A program made the position numbers and the translations under genes. From Gnetum montanum (Eukaryota > Plantae > Gnetophyta): a DNA stretch of 64,000 bases. Shown here piece after piece: positions 38,961-52,330 of this stretch (positions are counted from its first letter, which is position 1; the number at the start of each line of letters is the position of its first letter). The stretch covers positions 248,001-312,000 of the forward strand of contig MNCI01003135.1 in assembly GCA_015680685.1 (NCBI GenBank), given 5' to 3'. The notes beneath the pieces are model-generated. The model did no database searches. It saw nothing but the letters and a program-made list of their open reading frames with translations, and was not told the DNA's origin.

Positions 38961-39554
38961 GCCCAAGATTTAGCCCTGCTATTGGGCAATTTTTGTTTTT
39001 GAAAAAAAAATTATCTACACTTAAGCTATATATTTCATTGATGATTTAATGGAAATGTAATGGTGATTCATATATCACTTTGCTATAGTTTGTGTAATAT
39101 TGTACGAATTCTAAGTTACAGTTGATTAGTACAATTAGGCCCCTTGTGGACCCCATGCCAATTTAGGGCCATGGAAGAATAACCATTGCTAGTTTAAGGG
39201 CATTTCAGGCCATGTAATGAGATTGCTAGTTTAAGTCCATTTTGATCCATGACAATGCAAGAAACGCTACCATTTTTAGGCCATGACAGGCAGTATGATA
39301 GTTTAGGGCCTATTCGGGTCATAGCACAAAAGGAAGTAAGTTGCCAGTTTTAGGCCTTAGTAGGTTGTTTTGTTGTTGTTGTTTTTTAATGGATTTTTGT
39401 GTCTTAGTGTTTTTTTATGCACGAAAGGGCTAAATGGGACTACAGAAAATAAAGAAATGAAATAACAAATGCAAGATGCAAACAATTACACAAATGTAAT
39501 TGTACAAGAAAAAGCAAGAGCTAAATGAGACATGCACATGAACTAAAGGGATAC

Positions 39555-42500
39555 CTTAGTTATGTAATCACTTCCTAACACAATGTAGGCGCTAGGAGGT
39601 ACAAGGCGATACTCGCCTAAACCTTCATTAGTGGTGCTAAAGGGTAATTCTTCCTAGAGAGCCTCCTCAAGGAGGTTGCTCACTTTGTTTGGTTACTTAG
39701 ATGGGTCAACAGGACAAAGTTGACTTTCATCCTGAATGGGTGGTGTATCATAGGAGAACTCTACTTCCGACTCTTGCTTTGCATCGATGTTGTTGATGGT
39801 CAAGGGAGATGCATTGCCACCATATATGATCACTTCTCTACCTTCATAGGGAAAGTGGATCTCTTGATGGATGGGTGAAGAGACAACCTATCACTGGGCT
39901 AGCCAGGACCTCCCCAGGATCAAGTTAAACCTAGGCATCTCTTCAAGGACAATAAACTTGATAGTAGTAGGGAATCTCTCCCTTTCCATGAAAGCTATGT
40001 TGATTGTTCCCTTCATGAAAATTCATGATCCATTGAAGGATTTTAGGCACGTCATCTTGGTTGTCTTGATCTAGTCAATGAGACTAGGTTTGTCAACGGC
40101 TAAGAATGACATGATATTGATTGCAACCCCATCGTTGGCGTGCACCCTAAAAATTCTGTACTACCCTATGGAAATAGTTATGAACATTAGTGCACTAGTA
40201 ACTTGACCCGTTTCAAGGTCAACCTTAACCACCTCATCATGGAACATCAAGGGCATTGAACTTGATTCTTGAGTTGTAGCAAGAAGCATCACAACATGAA
40301 TGGCTTCTTCATCTGCTGGAATGTCTTTCTTAATAGAAATCAAGGTCAACATGTAGACTAATGCTTCATGGTGAGTAGAGGAGGTCATCACCAAGTCATG
40401 CAAGCTCAAAGTTAACTTTCTTTATTTCAAAGCCTACTTGACCTACGTCAATGCATCTAGGAAGACTTTTCTGCTATTTGGTATTTTGCTAGTTCTTACT
40501 TCCTACATGCAATCCAAGAGATGGATCTCCAAGGAAGGAGATCTATACTTTGCTTATGTGGCTGGATTTTGAGCCTTAGTACTTGATTATTGGTTTTTTG
40601 CACTTGCATTATTGTTCTAAGATGATGAGGCCATGGGGATGGAAGATAAGGGGATGGGCTTAGGAGGACCTAACTCCATACATTACTTAATCATCTTGTC
40701 TATGAGGAATTTTTTGGGCCTCCTAGGCTATAGCTTAGACTATTTATCATTATGTGTGGGATGTGACTTTAGGTAGGCAAGGTGTGACACAGTTCCCACC
40801 ACTAGACATCAAGCAAGTAGGGGGCCTGCAAGTTGTGACCATCCAATAACAAAGGGTGTCTAGGTTGCAATCACTGTGATGTGGTGTGGGGTCCTAACCA
40901 CAAAGGATGTCATGGGTGCTTGAGGTGGTGCTTTGATGATAAGAGGGGATTGTGGACTAGTTAATGTTGATGCCCCAATGTTACCAGAGGGCACACGAAT
41001 GACAAATGGTTCATGTGCCAATTTCATGTTGTCGTCAATGTTGATGGCATTGATAACATAGCTTGCATTGCTAGTGTTAAGAGGTCTTTGTAGACCTTCA
41101 TTTGCTGGTTTTCTGGGTGCATAGGATAGCTATCATCAAGGACCAATTTTCCTTGATCGATCATGTGCTAAATGTCATCCTTTAAGACCAAGTAGTAATC
41201 TGTATCATGACCATCCAATTGGTGATTGTTGCAAAATTAGTCCAACCTAAAGTTTTTAGAGACCAGGGGCTCATCTAGCATGGCTACTAAGGGGTCTCTG
41301 AGGACCTTGTAGTATCACTTATGGCACTTGTGAACATCCTCAAACATCTACTTGTGTTGGATGCACCCAGCACAAAGTAGCTAGCCCAAAAGCTTAGATA
41401 TCTTAATGGGTAGTGGGGTATACTTTGACCAATCCTTATGTTCAAATTTTGGCTTAGGGGCAACAATCAATGGTGTGGACTGGTTGGTTCCCATAGTATT
41501 AGATCTAGATGCTTTGTTGTTTTTGGATAGGGCCTTAGGTGCCTTAGTTGTTTGTTTACCATTATTGGGCATAGCCTCATCAATCACCATTACAATGGTT
41601 GTGATTACCTTGCCCTTTTCCTTGTCCTTCTTCATGTATGCGTTCTTGTAAGTAGTTGTTTGAGCAAAGGCTTGGCTCAAGGAGCACAAGACTAGATAGT
41701 ACAACTTTGACTTAATGAAGTCATTTACTACATTCTTAAAGATGGCTAGAAGGTGGATCTCTGCTATTCACTTGTGGATTTCATTAAGTGCAGTGCTCCA
41801 ATGTTGAATGAACTTTTACACAGGCTCTGGAGGGTCCTACTTGATGTCCATCAGTTAATCTAGGATGGCCTTTAGGCTTCAAGTTATACTTGAAGTGAGT
41901 TACAAATTTGTTAAGTAATTCTTCCCAATGTAGATATGGAAGCCTTGGGAAGCACACAATACTAGTCAAGTGTCTTGTCAATTAAGGACATGGTGAAGAC
42001 ATAGATGATCACATGTGGCCATGCTTATAGGAGCAAGCATTCAAAGAAAAAATTCATGAGGTGGGCATTGGGATCCCCCTCACTATTAATGTTTAGATGA
42101 GCTGGAACCCCTTGTCCAAACTCGAGGTAGATGCAATGGGTTGCACTAGTTGGACAACTCATTGTGTAGTTTGAGTGACCCACATCCCTACTATGGGCTA
42201 TGTTATCATGTGGAATGCTTGTTACCTGTGCTATTACATGTATGACCGCTATGCCATAGGCAAAAAGGCTAGGACCCACCATGTGGTTGTGGCTTGAGCT
42301 ATTGTGGGAGGTGCTAATGAGATGGGTGAGATAAAGGACACCTGGCTTGTGTGTGGTTGAGAGAAGGGCATAATGTACATGTATGGTTATGTTGGCATCA
42401 CAGATGCTAGCATGGAATACTGTCCAAATGAGGCTAAGATGATGAAGAGAAGGATGGTAGATGGTCCCGTACCCTAGTATACTTGTAATACTTGGTGGCT

Positions 42501-43030
42501 CATCACCACAAGCATGAACCTAGGAGGTAAGAGTAGCATTGCTACCTCAAAGAAGGTAGATGACTAGGATTGGTATAGGATGAAACTAGAAATAGGCTAC
42601 TAGATAGAGGCATAAAAATGGTTTTCACCCTCTAAATGAGTCTCAAATTTTTCTTGCCCATCCTACAAGGGCTCATCATAGTCTATTGCTGCATCATGCT
42701 CATTAGGCCCACTTACTCTAACAAGTTGGTCTAGTAACCATCCAAAGTTGTCGGTAAGTGGAATGAAAGCATCAAGTGTAGGGAGGAATTCCTCCTCATT
42801 TTGGTGTATAATCTCAAAGATTCACTTAGCATCTAATTCTTGGAAGTATAGGGATAGACCTGCCTAAATTTTTACATAGAGAAAGTTGTATTCTTCATCA
42901 TTGAACACCATGTGCTCAGGTGGTTGGTTGCATAGTCTAAGTAACTACTATTATGCCAATACGGGACTGGGTGGGGGATCAATCTCTACTACTTGCAAGA
43001 CAAGATAGGTAACTTCCATGCTTAGAGAAG
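39555..43030 (-). pseudogene. Decayed gag-protease of the Tat element
   Basis: GDPNAHLMNF (42025-42282), WEELLNKFVTHF, YTPLP, CxxH...GHDT..Y..L knuckle remnant, protease DGVAINIM and FNLILGRSWL..VVSSPIHQEIHF. Confidence 0.8.
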
Positions 43031-43523
43031 AGGTTGAAGGTTATGTGGGATTCATGATACTATGCTATGTAAAAATGCAAGAAATGATATTGCTAAATGG
43101 AAAATGGCCAAGTGTAGAGAACACTAGAAAAATGGCTAAATAAAAAAGTGTTGAAAAACTGTGAAAAAAGGCCAAGAATGGCTAACTCTGGAAGTGCTGC
43201 TAAAAATAATGATAAGCTTTAGAGTTACTCTTGCTACACTGGGGGCTGCTACACTCTCACTAAGAATTTTTTACACCCTTCAAAGCATCTAGAGTTTTGA
43301 ATGCAACAGATATGCTTGGGCTTTCATCTTGTAAGGTTCTAGAGGAATTGACAACTGGGACCAATCTACACCAACTGACTTGCAGATAACTCCTACATTA
43401 GCCTAGGATCTAACTACTACTGTGGCAAGTCCATAGGGATGTTACATATACACTAGCTCAAAACTACTAGCGGAGGTGCCAAAAGCACATGGGGCTACCA
43501 CTGAACATAGAAGGAATGTTAGG

Positions 43524-43540
43524 CCCTCCTTCTAGCACCA
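43524..43540 (-). promoter_or_regulatory. Primer-binding site complementary to tRNA-Asn(GUU)
   Basis: Minus strand TGGTGCTAGAAGGAGGG versus TGGCGCTAGAAGGAGGG, the complement of the plant tRNA-Asn 3' end. Confidence 0.75.
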
Positions 43541-43545
43541 AAAAC

Positions 43546-45263
43546 TATGATGACTAGAAACATCAGTGGTTAGAACATCAAGAGGTTAGTAGACATACAG
43601 CCTAACCTCGAGTCTATGTGAGGGTTGTGCTAGAAATGGAGATGGAGTGCCCTAAATGGCATTGTCAATCAAATAGGGACTTACAAGGTGTTATGACAAA
43701 TGTGTGTAGAAGGGGTTTATACAATGTTACCGGTGGGCATTGGGGCTAGCCAAGCCAGAGTGTAGTAGGATGTCTCGACTCATGAATAGTAGTGTTAACA
43801 TGAAAATGCATATGAAACAACAAGAGAATGTGAATGCTATGCTAAACTCCAAAGAAAAAGTGCTTGAAAATGCAACAGAACTTGAGAATGAAAGTGCATC
43901 ACCCCAAATGAAGGAAATGTAGCAATTGCAGGAAAAGAGGTAAGAGGGGTATGTGGTATACAAGTAGGCACAGTGGTAGCATAGCAGTGTAGTCATAGTC
44001 TCTAAGGCATCTTAGTTGTGGAATTGATAGCTACCATGGTGACTAAACCTGTCAGGTTGGCTACTGCAGTGTTCCATGGGCAAAGTGATGAACTGCATGC
44101 TGGACGACATGCACTAGTGATCCAATGGGATCCTATAGTACACCAAAGTGCTAAGTCTACTTGAGTGTAAGAGTGTAAAATGATGCTAAAAATGCCAAAA
44201 TGCCCAATTCCCTTTTGGTTTTCCAACCACTAAAGCACAAGGATTTTTATAGGGTTAGGGTTAGTGCGAAATGTAGATCGGGCACCACATGGCATGAGGG
44301 TAGGTGTGGCTACACTAGATCCAACTACGCTTTCACAGGAGTACCAAGTGCTATGCTCTAGTGTACCGCAATGAATCCCTAGAGATTGTTGGATTGTGAA
44401 TACACTACCAAAACAACATGTGCTAAATTTTGAATGACTACAATGTACTTGCAAATAGTGCAAAAATAGTGCAACTTGGAGGCTATGCTCAGGGACTATG
44501 TCTTCCACTCTTTTGAGTAGGCTCAAGCATAGGTACAATTTAGGGGACTAATACAAGATGCAAAAGAGATACAAATTGATGATCTTGCTAGCTAGAGGAA
44601 TGTTGGAGTTGAGATGAAGGCTGATGCTAAGCTTTGAAGGCTTTTAGAGGCTTCTCTACAGTGCTATATTGGCTACGCTCTGAAGCATAGAAAAGCATAT
44701 TAGGAATTCTTAGAAAAATTTCATAGAATCTATAGTTTTCCTTCATGCTCCACTAACTACGTTCTAAGGCATATAAGGAGGGGTAGCGCAAAAAATTAGG
44801 AAATTTATCAAACTATTCCTCCATTCTAAGTTATCTTGATAGCTACTAGCTTGACACTTAGGAAAACTAGCCACTGAAATGTGTGCTACCTTGGATACAC
44901 TCTGGAGCATAGCAGAGAATAGCAACCCCGGGAGTTAGAAAATTTGTAGAACTATTTCTTCCATCCCAAGCCATCTTGACAATTTCTAGCTTGGCACTTG
45001 AGCAAGCTGGACATAGAAATGTATTCTACGCTAGCTATACTCTAGACTGTAGCAGGCAGAGTGAGAGAATAGTACAACTCTTAGAAATATTTTTCTACAA
45101 CTGCTATTGATAGTTAGAAAATCTTAGAAAATAGGCCCTGTGATGTATGCTATGCTAGCTACACTAGGGAGTATAGTTCCAACGCTTAGAAGAGTTTGCC
45201 AAGTTTTGACACTTAGACAAATTTGTAGTTAAAGTGTTGAAGGAAGAAATTGGTGGTGTTTCA
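43546..45263 (-). repeat. 5' LTR of the Tat/Ogre-like element
   Basis: Colinear with 17046-18763, ends tgtttca and is followed by TSD catac. Confidence 0.9.
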
Positions 45264-47000
45264 CATACCAATCATGTTTAAAAATGGTAAATTCGATAAT
45301 CTTGCAATGGTTTAGTTAGTAAATTAGCTACTTAATCACTTCTTTGAACATGTGTGGACTTAATTATTCCCCTCTTCACTTCATTCTTGATAAAGTAATA
45401 TATGATGTTAATGTGTTTTCTTTTCTTATGAATCATGTGCTTCTTAGAAAACTAAATTACTAATGTATTATCCACTGACATGGAAATTGAAACCTTAACT
45501 TCAAAACCCAAGTGAGAAAATAACTTTTATAACCATAAAACATGTTGAATACATTCAACCATAATAATAAATTCTACCTCACATGATAAGAGGCTCACAC
45601 TAGTTTGTTTCTTTGTTTTTCAATAAATAGGATTAGAACCATGAAAAATAAAGCAACCAAAAGAGGACTAATGATTGTCTATATCTCCTCCCTAATTGAC
45701 ATTAGAAAAACCATAAAAATTTCTATCTTCATTAATGAGCTTAATGCCAAAATCAATTGTTCCTTTAACATACCTCAAAAGATACTTCAAGGCATTAATA
45801 TGTGATTGCCTTGGATCTTGCATAAACCTTGATAAAAATGGAGCTCCATATTTCAAATGAGGCATGCTATGACACAAAAATCTTAATGAACCAATCATAC
45901 CTCTACATAAGGAAAGATCAACCAATGGAGTATCATCTTTCCTTGAAAGCTTCATATTTTTGGAGAAGTGAAGTTGTAGTAATCTTGGCTTCCTCTAGCC
46001 CATACTTTTCAATGATGACCTATGCATACTTTGACCAATACATCTTCAAAAAATATTCTTCTTGATAAATTCTGATTTCTAAAATATATTTAATGACTCC
46101 CATGTCCTTCATCTCAAACTCACCTTTCATATCATGCATGAATGGCTAATTTAATTTTTAGATATAGCCATAAAAAGCAAGCCATCAACATAGAGTGGAA
46201 TAATGATGAAATCAAAACCTTCAAGTTTAAAGTACAAGGTAGGCTCAAAAGTACAACTCCTACAACCATTCTTAGGGAAAAATTCATTAGTTCTATGAAA
46301 CCAAGCTCTTGGAGCTTACTTTAGGTCATACAAATATTTATTCAACTTGCGCATCTTGTTTTCTTGTTCTTGAACCTTAAAACCTTCAAGTTGATAAATC
46401 TAAACCTCCTCTTGTAATTTGCCATAAATAATGCAAAATTAATATCCATCTTATAAAGCTTCATACTTTATGAGTAGCAAGGGATATCATAAGATTAATA
46501 CTCTGAAATCTAGCAATAGGAGTAAAAATCTCATTATAATCAATATGCTTCTTTTGTAAAAAACCTCTTGGTACAAGCCTAGGCTTGTATGCAATAATTT
46601 CACCAACTTCATTGTATTAGGTTTTGAAGACCCAATAGGTTTCAATGAATTTCTTCCCTTTTGGCCTATCCATAAACAACCAAGTTTCATTTCTTTGAAT
46701 AGAACTCATTGCCTTCTTCATGGCTTCAATCCAAGCTTAAGATTTATGAGCCTCCTTGACATTTGAGGGCTCATGTATAAGAGAAGAATATGCAACATGA
46801 GCAATGGCTTGACTTCATATCATTCTTTTGTTAAATTCCTTATTCAACATTTAAAAAGGTGAATGCTTTTTTTCCACCCAAAGTCTTGAGCTATACTCTT
46901 GCTTCTTGTCTTGATCAAGCTTGTGAAACTCATCAAAACTTACCTTTGATTCATCAAATACAACATTTCTAAAGCAATACCACTTCCTATCAATGGGATG
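45264..47000 (-). pseudogene. Decayed copia RT-RNase H
   Basis: GMIGSLRFL...LSRFMQDP..H..ALK..LRYVKGT (45692-45955), YVDG (YVDD-type) near 46185, ANLLTKPL. Confidence 0.9.
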
Positions 47001-47989
47001 TGATGAGTGGCTAGGTACCCCTACACTCAACCATATGAAACGAGCGTAGCACGCGCGATCCGGTCAAACTCCGCAGACTAAATGCCTAAACGCCGCAAGG
47101 AACACTTGGGGTTAATTAATCGTTGTTTTCCCAAACTTACTTGTTGTTGTCAAAGTGTATGGTGAAGTAATTCTGAGGTATATGATTTTTTTGGTATTTT
47201 CTAGTTTATCTCCTATGCTAAACGGTGAAGGGTTGAGAGACTAAAACTAATTCTAACTATAGTGCTAAGTCCTAGCGTCAGCATCTGTTCCCACTTGCCA
47301 TACACACCCTGAACTGTGCAACTATGGCTACCAAATGCTAATCATTATTGGGATTACCACACGTAACGCACATGCTCGAAGTGGTCGTACTGAGGCACCT
47401 AGCTAGCCAAAGTGTGACAAGAAGCTGATTCCTTGACTAGCCGTACACATCCGTAGATGCTCGTAATCAAGTCATACTTGTCCCATGTTCTAGGAGGTAA
47501 GGGTGAGAGAATCTAATCACGATGAGTAGCCGATTCCTTGGCTAGCTGTACATGTTCGTCAATGCTCTTAACCAAGTCGTACTCATGTCGCATTACAAGG
47601 AAAGCAATAAATAACATTAATTAAACCTATCCATGCACTGCAAGGTTTATCCACAAAGCTCGTCTTTATTGCTATACACAACTTGTGTTTAGGTACAAAG
47701 CTGCTCGAATAAAGAACCATTCACTTGGGGGACTCCTACTGTGGGCACATGGAAAATATTATATCTCTGGGGTAATCAATCTGCCAAAGTTTCGCTACTT
47801 TACGCCTAGGATGTGAAATGAGGGGAGTGCCACCTCTTATTTATAGATTAGGCGGTGGATCGCGATATAGCGTACACGATATCGCAATGGATGCGATATC
47901 GTGGTGGCCACAATATCATGTACACGATATCGTGGCAGCCATGATATCGTGTACGCGATATCGCGGCTTGTGCATATTGCATCTCATCA
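47001..47989 (-). repeat. 3' LTR of the non-autonomous element
   Basis: Runs tgatgag...ctcatca with terminal inverted ends. Confidence 0.92.
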
Positions 47990-49973
47990 TACCCCCATGA
48001 CTGAATGAAAACTCGTCCTCGAGTTCTTTACAATGATATCGGGTAGGTATGGGATTATTGAGGGGAATGGAACTAATGGAATGACATGTGAATGGTTCAT
48101 TATTACAAGACTTGACAAAACTGGTGTTCATGACAACAAGGGTGAACACCTTATTACAATGACATCAGGCCACATTTGGCAGCTGAGAGAAAAGAGGAGA
48201 GAGAATAGAAGAGAAGAAGAGATAAGAGTCTTACTGCTGCCAACGCCTAGATTGCATCTTCCATTGTCCATCTATAAGTGCGCCATCGATCTTGCTCCTT
48301 GCATAGCTACTTCAGCGCTGCTCCATTCCAAGTGTTTGCTCCAGATCCATTCCGTTGTTGTATGAGTGCCATCTGCACACAAAACACAATCATATATTAG
48401 CAAGGGTAATTGAATCATCATGTAATGGATACCTTGCTTTGGGGTAAACTCATTGGCTAGGTTGTGGTATGGCTGATATGGATCTAGAAAGATGTAAATG
48501 ATAACTACCGAAGGTGTAGGGGTTAGGAGGAGAAACGAAAAAATTTGGGGCTTAGGAGAAAAATCAAAAAATCAGGCCCCGTACCCCCATGACTAATCGC
48601 GAACCTCCGGTAGCATTAGAATGGAGAAAGAAAAGGAGTAAGAAAGATAGGTAGAAAGGGACAACTATGGCATCGATGAAGTGGATGACAAGATGGGAAT
48701 GAACAAAATAATAATTAATTGCAAAATGTTAAGGAAAAGAAGTTAACTAATGCTCCAAATAAGAATGTCAGTGGGTCCTCTCCAAAGTAGGCTCATGCCC
48801 TTAATGCCTTGATAATCCCACATTCAAAGAGTCCGTAGGCTCTGGGAATGTCCTTTGGAACAAGAGTTAAAGTCTTAACTGGAAGAATTTACCAAAAAAA
48901 AAACAATATATCAACCAAAATATATATACTCATGATACAATCGGCAATGAGGTGAACAATGGAGAGAAGGATGAAGAGAAAAGAAATGGAATGGAATCCC
49001 AAGAACACGGTGGTGTACAGCCCCTTGTGTGTTTTGTGGTTAATGCAACTTGGGAAATCTCATTCCAACTGCAGGCTCAAACCAACCGCTTCTAGTGACT
49101 TCGCATCAATGCATTTGGTTAAACCATCCACTTGGATAACGAGGATGCATCTTCAAAGAGCCACCACCATTCCGACGAAACAAAGGAGAGAATGGAAAGC
49201 GAGAAGGGCCTTAGTTAGAGGGAACACTTTGGTTCCATAACCAATGCTTGCAGTCCAAAGTTATTCTGTCTAAGGGGTGTGCTTTGAATCCTCACTTTTT
49301 CACTTTTTTTTGTGTTTTGTGTTCTTATGCGTGGGGACCACACCATGCAAAGACTTCTTTATTTTTATTGTCTTAGCTTTCGACAAGTGGGTAACATCGG
49401 AATGGTAAGAAAACTCAAGAAGGGAACATCCAAGCACCCAAGAGAATGACCAACACAAAAGCATCAAGTTCCTTTGAAGTCACACCCTTTGCAATCCTTG
49501 AGTCCTTCCTCAGTTTGAGAAATACCCAGTCACCAATTCATTAGAGTTCTTATTAGAAGGGGATTGTCCATTTCCAAGCCAAGAGAAACCATAGAAATTA
49601 GTGGATGGATGGATGAAGTGATTTCATTGCCTACCATATCAAAAGAAACATACCTTAGTATCAACATTGTAACTTAAAGGTAAAAACCAAACATTAGCAA
49701 TCAATATGAAAACAGTTCATACCATCAGTCTGAACACTTATTGGGTGACAAACTTATAGGGTGGATACACACACAAAAAATAGAAAAGTGTAACAATGTT
49801 GTAAAACAAAAATTAGAAAAGTTAAAGGAATTTGTAAAACAAAAATGTGTAAAACAAAAACATGTAAAACAAAAAACTTAAAAGAACTAAGGGCCCCATA
49901 TGATTAGCATAGGTGGCCATCTCCCCCATGACTGAGTTGTAAGGGAGAGATCCGAAATAATGAGTGTTTTTTT

Positions 49974-52330
49974 TTAATTTCTAAAAAGTGCCCAACTTCT
50001 CCCAATTGATGATCTTAAGTTGAGGGGTGGAAGTTGGCGACGTTCACGTTCCAATGTGTCTATGCCACGGTTGTTGACATGAGTTTCCTCAGTTTGTTCC
50101 ATGCATATTTTTCTGTTCCTACGAGTAGTTGTCAACCACGGGGTGTCTACTACTTCTTGTTTGGTTGCTACATACATGCATCTTTGTTGTAGAGTTTCTT
50201 GGGCACACCTGTTACATGGAGACACATCCTCCATGTCATCACCTGATGAATCACTATATGTGATGCATGGAACTATCTTCTTCTCGATCTTTCCACATAT
50301 GTTTATCTTAGAGATTTCCAAGGAAAGATCATGGATCCTAAGACATGCATCTACTGTACTTCACCATGCCCTTCCCATTATAATTGCGAAGTTCCCTTCA
50401 TTGTTGTTCACTTCGATCATCAGAAAGTTAGCTAGGTAGGACCAACCACACACAATGGTAATAACATCCTCCACCAATCCTAAGGGTATGGTGATGGACT
50501 GGTCTGCTAGCTCTAGTTGGATGTTGCTCTTCTTAATTTGGGGCAGGTTCCAGGCTTAATACATCTCTTGTGAAATTAAGTTGACTCCAGAACCTGAGTC
50601 AAGAAGAGCCCGATGTGGTGCATTTCTAGCGATCTGCAAATAAATAAAGGGACTCTCAGGGTTAGTTAGTTTCCTGGGAAGGTGGCCTACCTTGATCCAG
50701 TCAGTTATGGTATGTGTTAACATAACCGTATGTGTTACACTCTGTTGGACTGAAGGGTTCTCCGAAGCGTTAGTGGGTAGAGGCCTATACATGTACCCAT
50801 CTGCTTGTTGTTACGAGAGTTTGTTTAGGCTCCTAGTTCTGAAAAATGATCTCTTCTTTGTATAGTTGTCGTCAGAACTAGCACCCGGTTGGATATTTAC
50901 ATGCTAAATATTTACAGCTCTCGCAGCGTTACGTTGCTGCGGTTGGGTAGGTAATTCCCCTTGCATTGTTGGAATAGGTTGTATGGGAACTATAGGTGGA
51001 AGAGGTGCGGGCGGAGTTAGAGGATGGACTGAATGTGAGATATCTCCCAGAGGAGAAGGAGTCCTCTTGAAGTACTCCTGAACTTGGTAGTGACGGTGAG
51101 GAGTAGTGTGACCCATAGACTCACCTGGAGAAACTGGCTGCTGCGCATAATAACCATAAGGATTGGGCTGTCGGTAAGGGTACTAATGTGTTGGTAGTGG
51201 CATCCCCCATGACTATGGGTATTACCACTGCTGGTGTTGTCCAATAAGCTGTGGAGGCATTCCACTTGGGTAATATGTTAAGGGTTGGTGGAACTGCCTC
51301 AGGTTACCTTGTGAGTAAGATAACCATCGGGGTGTTTGCCGTTGATTAAGTCTTGGATTTAGTGCATACACCCCAGACTCCTGCAGATGTGAGATAATTG
51401 GACAACATCCCTTAGGATGGTCATAGTAGCAGACCTCACATCCACTATCATCATCTATATTAGAATTCACAGCCTCACCGGAGATAAGAATTTTCCCCTT
51501 ACCCTTGTTATGTGCAGGGCTTAAGTTTCCCCGCTTGGTTTTGCCTTTGTCACTACCTTGTTCCACCTTGGACTCCTCTACGATTTATAAGACTGTTTCT
51601 ATTCTTGAGTCTAAGGAATCCCACATTTGGTCTACCTTAGCCGATACCTCGGTTGTTAACTTTTGGATCGGTAAGGTTTTCCAATTCACCAACTCTTCCA
51701 GTGGTGACTCATCCTCCTCATCACAGAATTTCACTCCCTTCTTGCGAAGGGAGGGATCGCGGTTGTATTCCTCCGCACTTTCTCTTTTCCGTAGCTCACC
51801 CTCTTCTTGTGCTACTTGTTCCAACAATACTTCAACTTCATGGGCTCTTAGTTGGGAGAGTCTCCCTTGGGCGTAAGTCCCAAGAGTTCTTCTCGTTTCA
51901 TTTCGTAGCCCATCCACGAGGTGGCGAAGTTGATCCCGTTTAGCGTACCCATGGCCCGGGCAACGATGTAGCAGTGTATAGTAATGGGCCATGGCAGCAT
52001 CCAAGGGTTCATAAGCACCTTGTTTCCAGCCTTGGATCTGCTTACGCAAATTGGACACTCTGGAGTACGTTTGATATTTGTTGTTGAACAGTTCAAGCAT
52101 CGTACTCCACCTCCTGATGGTTTCCAGTTCTAAGGACCGGTACCAGCTCTCTGCTTCTTTAGTGAGTGTCCTTGGGAACAACTTAAGCTTCTGCCACTCA
52201 TTATCTATATTTTGCAAGGCACAGGCATCATGGAATGCCTATAAATGATGTTGAGGATCAACGTTGTATCCCCCTTCAAAACATGGGATATTATTTATGT
52301 CTAGACGCTTGATCCTGCTGTCTTTTAAGT
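49974..52330 (-). pseudogene. Gag-protease (lightly decayed)
   Basis: ORF 51585-52217 (KLKLFPRTLTKEAESWY, retrotransposon gag), CEVCYYDHPKGCC knuckle (51222-51566), ALLDSGSGVNLI aspartic protease (50556-50792). Confidence 0.9.

Larger units (their letters stand above)
17046..45263 (-). mobile_element. Giant Tat/Ogre-like Ty3/gypsy retrotransposon (~18.5 kb excluding the nested chromovirus)
   Basis: Paired 1718-bp LTRs, perfect TSD CATAC (17041-17045 and 45264-45268), PBS, PPT caaagaggggccaa next to 18763. Domain order gag-PR-//-RT-RH-aRH-INT. Confidence 0.9.
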
